Assembly: GCA_965203805.1 (NCBI GenBank)
Contig: OZ241917.1
Span: 4,096,001-4,160,000 of the forward strand
Direction: 5' to 3'
DNA: 64,000 nucleotides
DNA from: Candidatus Latescibacterota bacterium
GTDB lineage: Bacteria > Latescibacterota > UBA2968 > GCA-2709665
Shown here: positions 39,437 to 47,416 of the stretch, in pieces
Layout of the letters: every line of letters starts with the position of its first letter
Numbering within the stretch: position 1 is the first letter of the stretch
Notes under the pieces: model-generated
Database searches by the model: none
Seen by the model: only the letters and a program-made list of their open reading frames with translations
What the model was told of the DNA's origin: nothing
Made by a program: the position numbers and the translations under genes

Positions 39437-40444
39437 ATGTCTAGCAACAGGACATCAGCGGAGAATTCGAAAGAGACGCATGACGGTGGGGCGTCCATCC
39501 GCGATATGACGGCTACTCTGGACCGTGCGAAAGGGGCGCTGGTCGGTCTCGCTCTGGGCGACGCGCTCGGCACGACGCTGGAGTTTGCCGGTAGGGACAC
39601 CAGGCCGCCGGTTGCCGACCTGGTGGGCGGAGGTCCGTTCGGCCTTGCCGCGGGGGAGTGGACCGACGACACGAGCATGGCCCTTTGTCTCGCGGAATCG
39701 CTGCTTGAGCGAGGTCGGCTGGACGTTCACGATCTGATGAATCGGTTCGTCCGGTGGTATAAGGAGGGACATAATTCGGTCACCGGCACGTGTTTCGACA
39801 TCGGTGTGACCACGGAGCGGGCACTCAGGGCTTTCAGCGAAACCGGGGAGCCGATGAGCGGCAGCACCGATCCGCGCAGCGCCGGCAACGGTTCGCTCAT
39901 GCGGCTGTCGCCGGTGGCGATCCGATGGCGGCGCGACCGGGCGAGGGCGACGGCGGCCGCGCGGTTGCAGAGCCGAACCACGCACGGCGCCGTGCAGGCG
40001 GTGGAGGCTTGCGCGTTCTACGTCGAGCTGCTGATCGAGGCGATCGCCGGGGCGCCGAAGGAAACGGTCCTGCGTGCCAGAGAATGGAGCGGCGATGCTC
40101 AGATCGCCGGGGTGGCCGCGGGGACGTGGCGCACGAAGGCGCGCGACGCCATTTCGTCGTCAGGATACGTATTGCACACTCTGGAAGCGGCCCTGTGGTG
40201 CGTGGGCCGATCGGAATCCACTGAAGAAGCCCTGATTCTGGCGGCCAATCTCGCCGATGACGCCGACACGGTAGCTGCCGTCACCGGCCAGCTCGCCGGC
40301 GCGCTGTGGGGCATGTCGGACGCACCCGCCGGATGGCTCGAGAAACTGGCATGGCGCGGGCGCCTGGAAGCGCTCGCCACCGGCCTGTTCGAGGCCGCCA
40401 ACAGCGAGCGGGACGGACCCGTCGGTGAGACGCTATCCCATTAG
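39437..40444 (+). CDS. ADP-ribosylglycohydrolase (DraG/ARH family)
   Basis: GLALGDALG, WTDDT, FDIG, AGNGSLMR, DDADTVAAVTGQLAGA. Confidence 0.95.
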   Translation: MSSNRTSAENSKETHDGGASIRDMTATLDRAKGALVGLALGDALGTTLEFAGRDTRPPVADLVGGGPFGLAAGEWTDDTSMALCLAESLLERGRLDVHDLMNRFVRWYKEGHNSVTGTCFDIGVTTERALRAFSETGEPMSGSTDPRSAGNGSLMRLSPVAIRWRRDRARATAAARLQSRTTHGAVQAVEACAFYVELLIEAIAGAPKETVLRAREWSGDAQIAGVAAGTWRTKARDAISSSGYVLHTLEAALWCVGRSESTEEALILAANLADDADTVAAVTGQLAGALWGMSDAPAGWLEKLAWRGRLEALATGLFEAANSERDGPVGETLSH

Positions 40445-41263
40445 ACTTCCATACCGCAACCCCACGGCTTTTTTCACCGCCTCCAGGGTCCGCTGGCCCT
40501 CGATCCTCGCCTCCGATCCCCCCAGATGCAGGACATCCCCCACGAGGCTCAGTCTGCCCTCCAGCTGTGTCTCCGCGATCCGAAACGGCTCCTGTTCGGC
40601 ATCCTTCCGCGCCTCCCCATTTGTTTTCGTCCCAACACGCGCGTCGGCATCCGCAATCCCGACCGCATTTGAGTGACGCACGCGCATTCCGGTAATTCCG
40701 CGGGTTCCGTTCGCCTGTACGCTTTGCTTGAACCCGGGCAACGGGAAGACGGTCCCGAACTCGCGATTGAATCGACGCGCTACTTCCCGGCACAGATTCG
40801 AGCGCATCTGCTGGCCGGGTCCCGCCGTCACCATTGAAGGCCGGAACAGCAGCACGTCCGCCGGCTGAAAGATCGGATAACCGGTAAACCCGGCGGTCGA
40901 CGACCGCCTCGCTGCATCCGGCTTCCGCCGCGCCTCCGGGAAGGCCATCGGGGCCGGCAGCGGTATCGAGTGATCAAGAATCATCGCCAATTCCGCGAGT
41001 TGCGGAACCTGAGACTGCAGAAAACAGACGCTCCGTTCCGGATCGAACCCGGATGCCAGCAGATCCGTGACGAGATGACGAATATTCAGCTCGATCTCAC
41101 GCGGATGTATCCGATCCGGGATCAACGCATGGTAGTCGGCGATCATAAAAAAGCAACGGGCTTCCGGCTGTCGGTCAAGTATCTGTTTCAAAACCCCGAT
41201 CAAGTGTCGGAGGATCGTGCTTTCCATTGGCCGGACACTTGCCAGGACAATAGGACGTTTCAT
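40433..41263 (-). CDS. Degenerate tryptophanyl-tRNA synthetase paralogue
   Basis: Retains FFMIADYHAL, GFDPERS..FLQSQVP, GYPIFQPADVL, REVARRFN..FG.VFPLP, VKKAVGL; lacks recognisable HIGH and KMSKS motifs and is shorter than TrpS. Confidence 0.8.
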   Translation of the reverse strand: MKRPIVLASVRPMESTILRHLIGVLKQILDRQPEARCFFMIADYHALIPDRIHPREIELNIRHLVTDLLASGFDPERSVCFLQSQVPQLAELAMILDHSIPLPAPMAFPEARRKPDAARRSSTAGFTGYPIFQPADVLLFRPSMVTAGPGQQMRSNLCREVARRFNREFGTVFPLPGFKQSVQANGTRGITGMRVRHSNAVGIADADARVGTKTNGEARKDAEQEPFRIAETQLEGRLSLVGDVLHLGGSEARIEGQRTLEAVKKAVGLRYGSLMG

Positions 41264-41508
41264 TCCGAGGACTCCTTGTTTTCAAATATGCCAAGTCGAA
41301 AAACGGGCCGACGCCAGGGCGCCGCGTCGGAAAATGCAGTTTGCTGTACAAGAAAAGCCGCGATCCACTTCCAGGTGAACCGCGGCCATCGCCAGTCCTT
41401 CAGGCACAAATCATCCGGAGGCGGACGCACGGCTCCTGTTGCCCCGAGCCACCAGCGGTGAAGGGAAATCGCCGCGTTCCCGGACAAAATGCCCGAACGT
41501 TGTGCCAT
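41260..41508 (-). promoter_or_regulatory. Putative Trp-responsive leader peptide/attenuator region
   Basis: GAGG RBS + ATG 41508, tandem TGG TGG at 41454-41449, alternative hairpins, downstream terminator. Confidence 0.6.
41350..41386 (-). terminator. Rho-independent terminator between trpS and its paralogue
   Basis: Minus-strand RNA GCCGCGGUUCAC-CUGGAA-GUGGAUCGCGGC (12 bp including two G-U pairs) followed by UUUUCUU. Confidence 0.8.
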
Positions 41509-41516
41509 GGTCAGCC

Positions 41517-42608
41517 TCACGATCCGGAGTCCTGCCGTTCGTCCCTGCGCATCCGGTCCCGGGCTTTCCGGGATATCCGGTTCCAGACGCCCGTGAGCCC
41601 CATGGCTTTCTTCATGGCCTTGAGCGTTTCATCGGCGACCACCTGGACGCGCTGCGTTCCTTCGTACAGTACCTTTTCCACGTACCCGGAATCCGCTTCG
41701 TATCGCGCCCTTCGCTCCCGAATCGGATCGAGAAAGTCGTTCAGCGCCCGCGTGAGCTTCTCCTTCACCTCCACGTCGCCGACCGTCCCGGCGCGGTACC
41801 TCGTCTTCAGGTCCGCCACTTCCTCCTTGTCCGGATTAAACGCGTCGTGGTAGACGAAGACGGGATTTCCTTCCACCCTGCCGGGTATGTCGGCTCTGAC
41901 CCGGTTGGGATCGGTAAACATCCCGCGCACCTTCTTCTTCACGGTCTGCGCATCGTCAGAAAGAAAAATCGCATTGTCCAGGCTCTTGCTCATTTTCGCC
42001 TGGCCGTCCGTTCCCACCAGAACCGGGACCTCGCCGATCAGGGCGTCCGGAATCGGGAAGACCTCACCGTAATAGCTGTTGAACCGACGGGCGATTTCCC
42101 GGGTCACCTCCACGTGCGCCAGGTTGTCCTTTCCCACGGGCACCAGGTGCGCCCTGGGGGTCAATATGTCCGCCGCCTGCAGAATCGGATATCCGACAAG
42201 CCCGAACGGGATCGCCTCGTCGTCCAGCCTGGCGGCGCGCGCCATATCCTTGATGCTGGGCAGCCGGGCGACTCTCGGCAGCGTCACCAGCATCTCGAAA
42301 AAGAGGTCCATCTCGTAGACGGCGTGGATGGCCGACTGCAGATAAATGGTCGATCTGGCCGGATCGATGCCCACGGCCAGGTAGTCCAGCAGCATTTCCC
42401 GCACATTCTCCCGAAGGGCATGGATATGCTCCTTCTGCGGCCGGGTCGTGAGCATATGCAGGTCCGCCACGAGAAAATAACATTCGTATTCGTCCTGCAG
42501 CCGGACCCGGTTCTTCAATGAGCCCACGTAATGCCCCAGGTGCATCCGCCCCGTGGGACGGTCTCCCGTCAGAATCCGTTTTCGATCGTCCATCGCGTTT
42601 TCCTCCAA
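41517..42608 (-). CDS. trpS: Tryptophan--tRNA ligase
   Basis: [36 protein letters not shown]. Start may be 42593. Confidence 0.97.
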   Translation of the reverse strand: MEENAMDDRKRILTGDRPTGRMHLGHYVGSLKNRVRLQDEYECYFLVADLHMLTTRPQKEHIHALRENVREMLLDYLAVGIDPARSTIYLQSAIHAVYEMDLFFEMLVTLPRVARLPSIKDMARAARLDDEAIPFGLVGYPILQAADILTPRAHLVPVGKDNLAHVEVTREIARRFNSYYGEVFPIPDALIGEVPVLVGTDGQAKMSKSLDNAIFLSDDAQTVKKKVRGMFTDPNRVRADIPGRVEGNPVFVYHDAFNPDKEEVADLKTRYRAGTVGDVEVKEKLTRALNDFLDPIRERRARYEADSGYVEKVLYEGTQRVQVVADETLKAMKKAMGLTGVWNRISRKARDRMRRDERQDSGS

Positions 42609-43122
42609 AACAAAAATCCCCGCCGTTGACCGGCAGGGACGTTGGTTTATTCAATTCGAATCTCAAGTTCAGCACGCAGTCAGCCGGCCGGTACGATTGA
42701 AGTCGTGCCGCCACCAGCACCCGCTGTGTATACCGCGCGCCGCCATTGCTTTTTCCTTTCAACCCAAACTGTGAATGACCGGTCAACGATATCGAATTCC
42801 GGATGCGCTGTCAAGCGAATTCTGCTATTTCCGGTTTTTCCACACGTGTTGCGCCCGATCCTGGATAAATTACAGACATGGACAGACATGGATGGACAGG
42901 ATAGAAACAAAAAAGCGTGACAAAAGCACGAGAAAACGAGTAACGGCAGTGAATCGATTCCCCATAGACCGCGCGTCGTCATTCCGGCCATCCTGAACCC
43001 GAAACATTTCGGCGGCCAACCCAATTCCGGACGCTTCAAGGATTTCGTTATGTGCGCTGCTAATGTTATTCAAAATCAACCGATTATACAACAAACAAAC
43101 CCGTTTTCATGAATAATCCGGG

Positions 43123-44115
43123 CTATGTTGCATCCCGCAACAGTTGCGCCATATCCACGGCAAAGTAGGTCAGGATTACATCCGCGCCCGCCCGTTTGAT
43201 GGACGTCAGGGTCTCCACCATCGCCCGCTCCTTTTCCACCCAGCCGCGTTCCGCGGCCGCCAGGACCATGCCGTACTCGCCCGACACGTTGTACGCTGCA
43301 ATGGGCACTTCGAAACTCTCCTTCGCCTTCGCGATGACGTCGAGGTAAGGGAGCGCGGGTTTCACCATCACCACGTCGGCCCCTTCCTCGATATCCAGCG
43401 CGGTCTCCTTCATCGCTTCCCGAATATTGGCGGGATCCATCTGATAGGTCTTCTTGTCCTCCGGCACCCCGCGCGCCTTCACCGGCGCGGACTTGAGCGC
43501 CCCCCGGAACGGCCCGTAGAAGCAGGATGCATACTTGGCGGAATAGGCCATGATCCCCACGTTGGTGAATCCGTGGTCGTCCAGCGTCACCCGGATGGCG
43601 CCCACCCGGCCATCCATCATGTCCGACGGCGTGACCCAGTCCACGCCCGCCTCGGCGTGAGACAGCGCCATTTGGCACAACACCCCGACGCTCTCGTCGT
43701 TGGCGATCTCACCGTCGATCAGCACGCCGTCATGTCCATGCGTGGTATAGGGATCCAGCGCCACGTCGGTCTGCACGCACAGGTCGGGAAGCGCCGCCTT
43801 CAGCGCCCGGACCGCGCGCTGGATCAGGCCGTCCGGATCGTACGCCATTGACGCGCGTTCGTCCTTCTCCTCCGAATAACCGAACAGATTCACGCCGCAG
43901 ATCCCGAGGCCGCACACCGTCTCGCACTCCCGCACGAGTTCGTCGACCGAAAACCGGAACTGACCGGGCATCGAGTCAATGGGTTCGCGCACATTGGCGC
44001 CTTCCGTTACGAACATCGGATAGATCAGGTCCCCGACGTTCAATACGGTTTCCCTGACGAGCGTCCGTATCGGTTCGGTGCGCCGCAGCCGGCGGGGTCG
44101 ATAGGTGAGTTCCAT
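43123..44115 (-). CDS. hemB: Porphobilinogen synthase (delta-aminolevulinate dehydratase)
   Basis: RPRRLR, DVALDPYTTHGHDG, PSDMMDGR, YSAKYAS.FYGPFR, MVKPA, AYNVSGEY. Confidence 0.97.
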   Translation of the reverse strand: MELTYRPRRLRRTEPIRTLVRETVLNVGDLIYPMFVTEGANVREPIDSMPGQFRFSVDELVRECETVCGLGICGVNLFGYSEEKDERASMAYDPDGLIQRAVRALKAALPDLCVQTDVALDPYTTHGHDGVLIDGEIANDESVGVLCQMALSHAEAGVDWVTPSDMMDGRVGAIRVTLDDHGFTNVGIMAYSAKYASCFYGPFRGALKSAPVKARGVPEDKKTYQMDPANIREAMKETALDIEEGADVVMVKPALPYLDVIAKAKESFEVPIAAYNVSGEYGMVLAAAERGWVEKERAMVETLTSIKRAGADVILTYFAVDMAQLLRDAT

Positions 44116-44381
44116 AGAGCCTCTTTAATTCAAACACGGATCAGGATTTACAGGATTATAGGATTAAGCAGGATTAGAAATCAGGATCAAAACCAGGTGC
44201 AGGAAAAAGCAAAGAGCAGGGCAAATGCTCGCTCCTCCGGGAAAAAACGGCAGACCGCGCCACGTCACCATGACCAATCAGACTCCGAATTCCATTAACC
44301 TTAATCTGACAACAACCGCAATGCGGTGCCGCGACGAAACCTTTCGAAATGGGCCGAAAAGGCCATCCAAATGGACATTTT

Positions 44382-44489
44382 TTCCGTTCACGTCCAGTGA
44401 CCTGGAGAATCCTGGAAATCCGACGTTTAATCGCCTTTATCAACTTGCGTATATGCGATTTAACGTCACCGAAAAACGACGAATCAAGG
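44382..44489 (-). repeat. About 108-bp dispersed repeat, copy B (inverted relative to copy A)
   Basis: Reverse complement reads ccttgattcgtcgtttttcggtgacgttaaatcgcatatacgcaagttgataaaggcgattaaac..., matching 39143-39250. Confidence 0.85.
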
Positions 44490-44575
44490 TTAGAATGTAC
44501 CCTCGCTGGTGCCGATGTCAACCCTCGCGTTCAAGCCGGGTTTGTCGACCGGGCGGCACGAGCGGACACGGCGAG

Positions 44576-44604
44576 GTAGGGGCAGGTTTGAAAACTGCCC
44601 CTAC
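44576..44604. repeat. GTAG-family REP-like palindrome
   Basis: GTAGGGGCAG-GTTTGAAAA-CTGCCCCTAC, intergenic. Confidence 0.75.
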
Positions 44605-44954
44605 GGTCGGGATATCGCGGGAACGTAGAGGCGATTATCGACGCTCGCCGGGTCTGTTTCGTGATACGGCAAAAAACCTGCTTTAGTGCGTACGAAATTG
44701 GCCTTTTCGCTGATTTGGGATCGGGGTAAATTGTATACCAGGCGACGGGAGGATACGCAGCTTTTCTTCCGTCTGAATTCGGGAAGAAGGACAATGAGAA
44801 CGGCGGCAGACAGGAATGTCCGCCTGCCTGCGCCTGCCAGTGACGCTTTGGCAGGCAGGCAGGCCCCACCTTCACAAACGCTTTCTCAACCGCTCGACCA
44901 GCCAGTGTGCGGGCGCAGGGAACTCAATTCCAAAAACGAAAAGGGCAGCCATCT

Positions 44955-47282
44955 ATGGACCTGACCCAATTCCACGACGATACGGTAATTTCTGAACAGG
45001 TGCTTGTCGATTCAGAGCTCGATGGGCATGTCCACCTGCGGGTGGACGCGGAGGACCTGCGCGGCGTGAATGAGATTCGCGCCGACGTGTATCTCCCGCC
45101 CGGGGCGAACGGACAGATCCGGTGCGGGCTGACGTCGGGTGATCGCACAGAGGGCATGAGTGAGGACGACGGTTATCTGTTCCTCGCCATCGTCTCACCG
45201 CGCGGCGGGAACGTCTGGGAGGGATGGCGTGAGTTCCGATTTCCTGCCGAGTGTTTCTATACGCAGGGGATACCATCCGGCTGGGGGCAGATGCGCTCGG
45301 TAACGCTGGACGGACCGCAGGACAGCCGGTTTCGCAACATTCGCCTTTTGGAACGGCAGGTCAGACCCGGACCGAGGATGACGGATGAGCAGTTTATCGC
45401 AACGCTGAATCCGGACCATCCCGGTCTGGGGATGATTCGTAGAGGGACCGCGGAGTCTGTCTTCCCGGATGTCGCGCGGTATTTCCGATCCAGCGGCTTT
45501 GACCGGGAACTGGTCCCGAGCGAGCGGGAGCCGAATGCCGATCCCGATCAGGCCGACCGGATCCTGGAAGGCCGGGTCCTGGGACAGGACTGGTCGACGG
45601 AGATCGACTGGGAGGCCAATCCTACCGGATACATCGAATGGACCCTGGCCATCCACTATCTCCTGTTCCTCAGGCCGGCAATCGACGCGTACTGGGAAAC
45701 CGGACAGGCGAAATACGCAACGGGCATCGAACGGTACATCAAGGACTGGATGCGGCGCTGCCCGGTCCCCTATGGCGTTCGCGCCGGGGGGTACCCATGG
45801 GGTCACTCTCTGGTCGTCGCCATTCGACCCTTCAGCACGCTCGTGGACGTCTTCCGCGTCCTCTGCGCGTGTCCGGAAACCGATGACGGCATGATCATCG
45901 ACATGCTCAAGTCGATCTACGAGCACCAGGTCTATCTGCTGAAGTTCCAATCCTTCCCGCCCTCGAACAAGACCATTGCCGAGGCCCGGACCATCGGCGC
46001 GCTGGGATGCGCTTTCCCGGAGTTCAGAGACGCCGCGTACTGGCGGGAAGCGGGATATCGCCGGCTGCTGGACGACATGCGCGTACAGGTGATGGCCGAC
46101 GGGGCCTCCTACGAACTCACGCCGGGTTACCAGATGAGTATTTCCACCTGGTTTCTGGAATCGTTTCAGGTGGCGCGAAAATTCAACCATCCGCTCGAGC
46201 CCGAACTGGAGGCCGGCATTCGATCGATGTTCGACTGGAGCGTGGCCATCACCCGGCCGGACTTCACCCGCCCCTCCGTTTCCGACGCCGGCAGCATGGA
46301 TTCGAAGTACGGTGATTCTCTCGCGCATCCCGGACGCGTCCTGGACAATCCGGCCGCGGTGTGGGTGGGCGCCGAGGGCCGCGAGGGTGCCCCGCCCGAC
46401 TACAACTCGATCGCCCTGCGGGACTCCGGATATTTCGTCATGCGCAGCGGTTGGGATGAGAACGCCCGGTATCTGTTCTTCGATGGAGGGCCCTACGGCC
46501 GCTGGCACCAGCACGAGGACAAACTCAACCTCGAAGTCTATGCCCACGGCACGCCTTACATTGTGGATCCCGGCATCACGTCCTACTACACCAACCCGTG
46601 GACCCGGTTCTACACGACCACACAGGCGCACAATACCGTCCTGGTGGACGGCCGCGCGCAGGCCCGGGGCCGCAATCAGACCATCGAACAATGGACCGAG
46701 TCCGCCCGCGGTTCAACCGTCTGGCGTTCGGATGACCGAAGCGACGTCGCCATGGCAAGCTACGACGCGCCCTACGCGGACCAGGATTCGCCGGTCCGGC
46801 ACCGCCGCGCCGTGCTATTTGTCAAACCGGATTATTTCATCGTTTTCGACGAGTTGACCGGCGAAGGCAGCCACACGTACGAGGCATTCTTCCATTTCAT
46901 GCCCTTCCGCCTGCTCACCGACCCGGACACCGGCGCCGTCCGGACCGGACGCATGGACGCACCCAACCTGGAACTCCTTCCCCTGACCAGGATGATGCCG
47001 CGGCTGATCTGCGGCCGGAACGATCCCGTGCAGGGCTGGCTCGCCATCGGCGGACAGGATGTCCCGGCCCCCGTGGCCGTCTACAAGAGGCGGAGCCGGC
47101 TGCCGTTCCGGACCGGGTACGTGATCTACCCGTTCGGCGCGGACCGCGTCACCGCCGGCGTCACCGCAAAAACCACTCGGCGCGCGGACGTATGGACCGT
47201 CAACATCGACCATGCCGGCGGCGGGCGGGACCGCGTGCGTATGGATTGGGGGGACGAGAAAGGCCCGGAGTTGATGAGGTGA
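44955..47282 (+). CDS. Heparinase II/III family protein
   Basis: DGASYELTPGYQ, SGYFVMRSGW, HQHEDKLN, IVDPG, AHNTVLVDG, HRRAVLFVKPDYFIVFD. Confidence 0.9.
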   Translation: MDLTQFHDDTVISEQVLVDSELDGHVHLRVDAEDLRGVNEIRADVYLPPGANGQIRCGLTSGDRTEGMSEDDGYLFLAIVSPRGGNVWEGWREFRFPAECFYTQGIPSGWGQMRSVTLDGPQDSRFRNIRLLERQVRPGPRMTDEQFIATLNPDHPGLGMIRRGTAESVFPDVARYFRSSGFDRELVPSEREPNADPDQADRILEGRVLGQDWSTEIDWEANPTGYIEWTLAIHYLLFLRPAIDAYWETGQAKYATGIERYIKDWMRRCPVPYGVRAGGYPWGHSLVVAIRPFSTLVDVFRVLCACPETDDGMIIDMLKSIYEHQVYLLKFQSFPPSNKTIAEARTIGALGCAFPEFRDAAYWREAGYRRLLDDMRVQVMADGASYELTPGYQMSISTWFLESFQVARKFNHPLEPELEAGIRSMFDWSVAITRPDFTRPSVSDAGSMDSKYGDSLAHPGRVLDNPAAVWVGAEGREGAPPDYNSIALRDSGYFVMRSGWDENARYLFFDGGPYGRWHQHEDKLNLEVYAHGTPYIVDPGITSYYTNPWTRFYTTTQAHNTVLVDGRAQARGRNQTIEQWTESARGSTVWRSDDRSDVAMASYDAPYADQDSPVRHRRAVLFVKPDYFIVFDELTGEGSHTYEAFFHFMPFRLLTDPDTGAVRTGRMDAPNLELLPLTRMMPRLICGRNDPVQGWLAIGGQDVPAPVAVYKRRSRLPFRTGYVIYPFGADRVTAGVTAKTTRRADVWTVNIDHAGGGRDRVRMDWGDEKGPELMR

Positions 47283-47311
47283 CATGGTCAGCCGACAGCA
47301 ACTGAAACACG

Positions 47312-47348
47312 AAAAAGGACGGCTTCCATCGAGAAACCGTCCTTCTTT
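47312..47348. terminator. Terminator-like hairpin between convergent genes
   Basis: AAGGACGG / CCGTCCTT stem with an A-run before and a T-rich run after. Confidence 0.6.
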
Positions 47349-47416
47349 GTGCATTCAATACTGAACCACACGATCATGTGTGGTCACGCCGCCGGCCTGA
47401 AAGGTTGCGGTGCGGA

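Noticed and set aside
42610-43120. T-box riboswitch upstream of trpS
   Set aside because: No T-box consensus or associated terminator recognised by eye; an Rfam scan would settle it.
44138-44190. Short iterated repeats as a possible CRISPR array
   Set aside because: Units are 7-10 bp without spacers of CRISPR length, and no cas genes are present.
44225-44686. 153-aa ORF upstream of hemB as a real gene or transposase
   Set aside because: It runs through the dispersed repeat and a REP, and no recognisable motifs were found.
45195-46691. 498-aa minus-strand ORF
   Set aside because: Antisense shadow of the heparinase gene.
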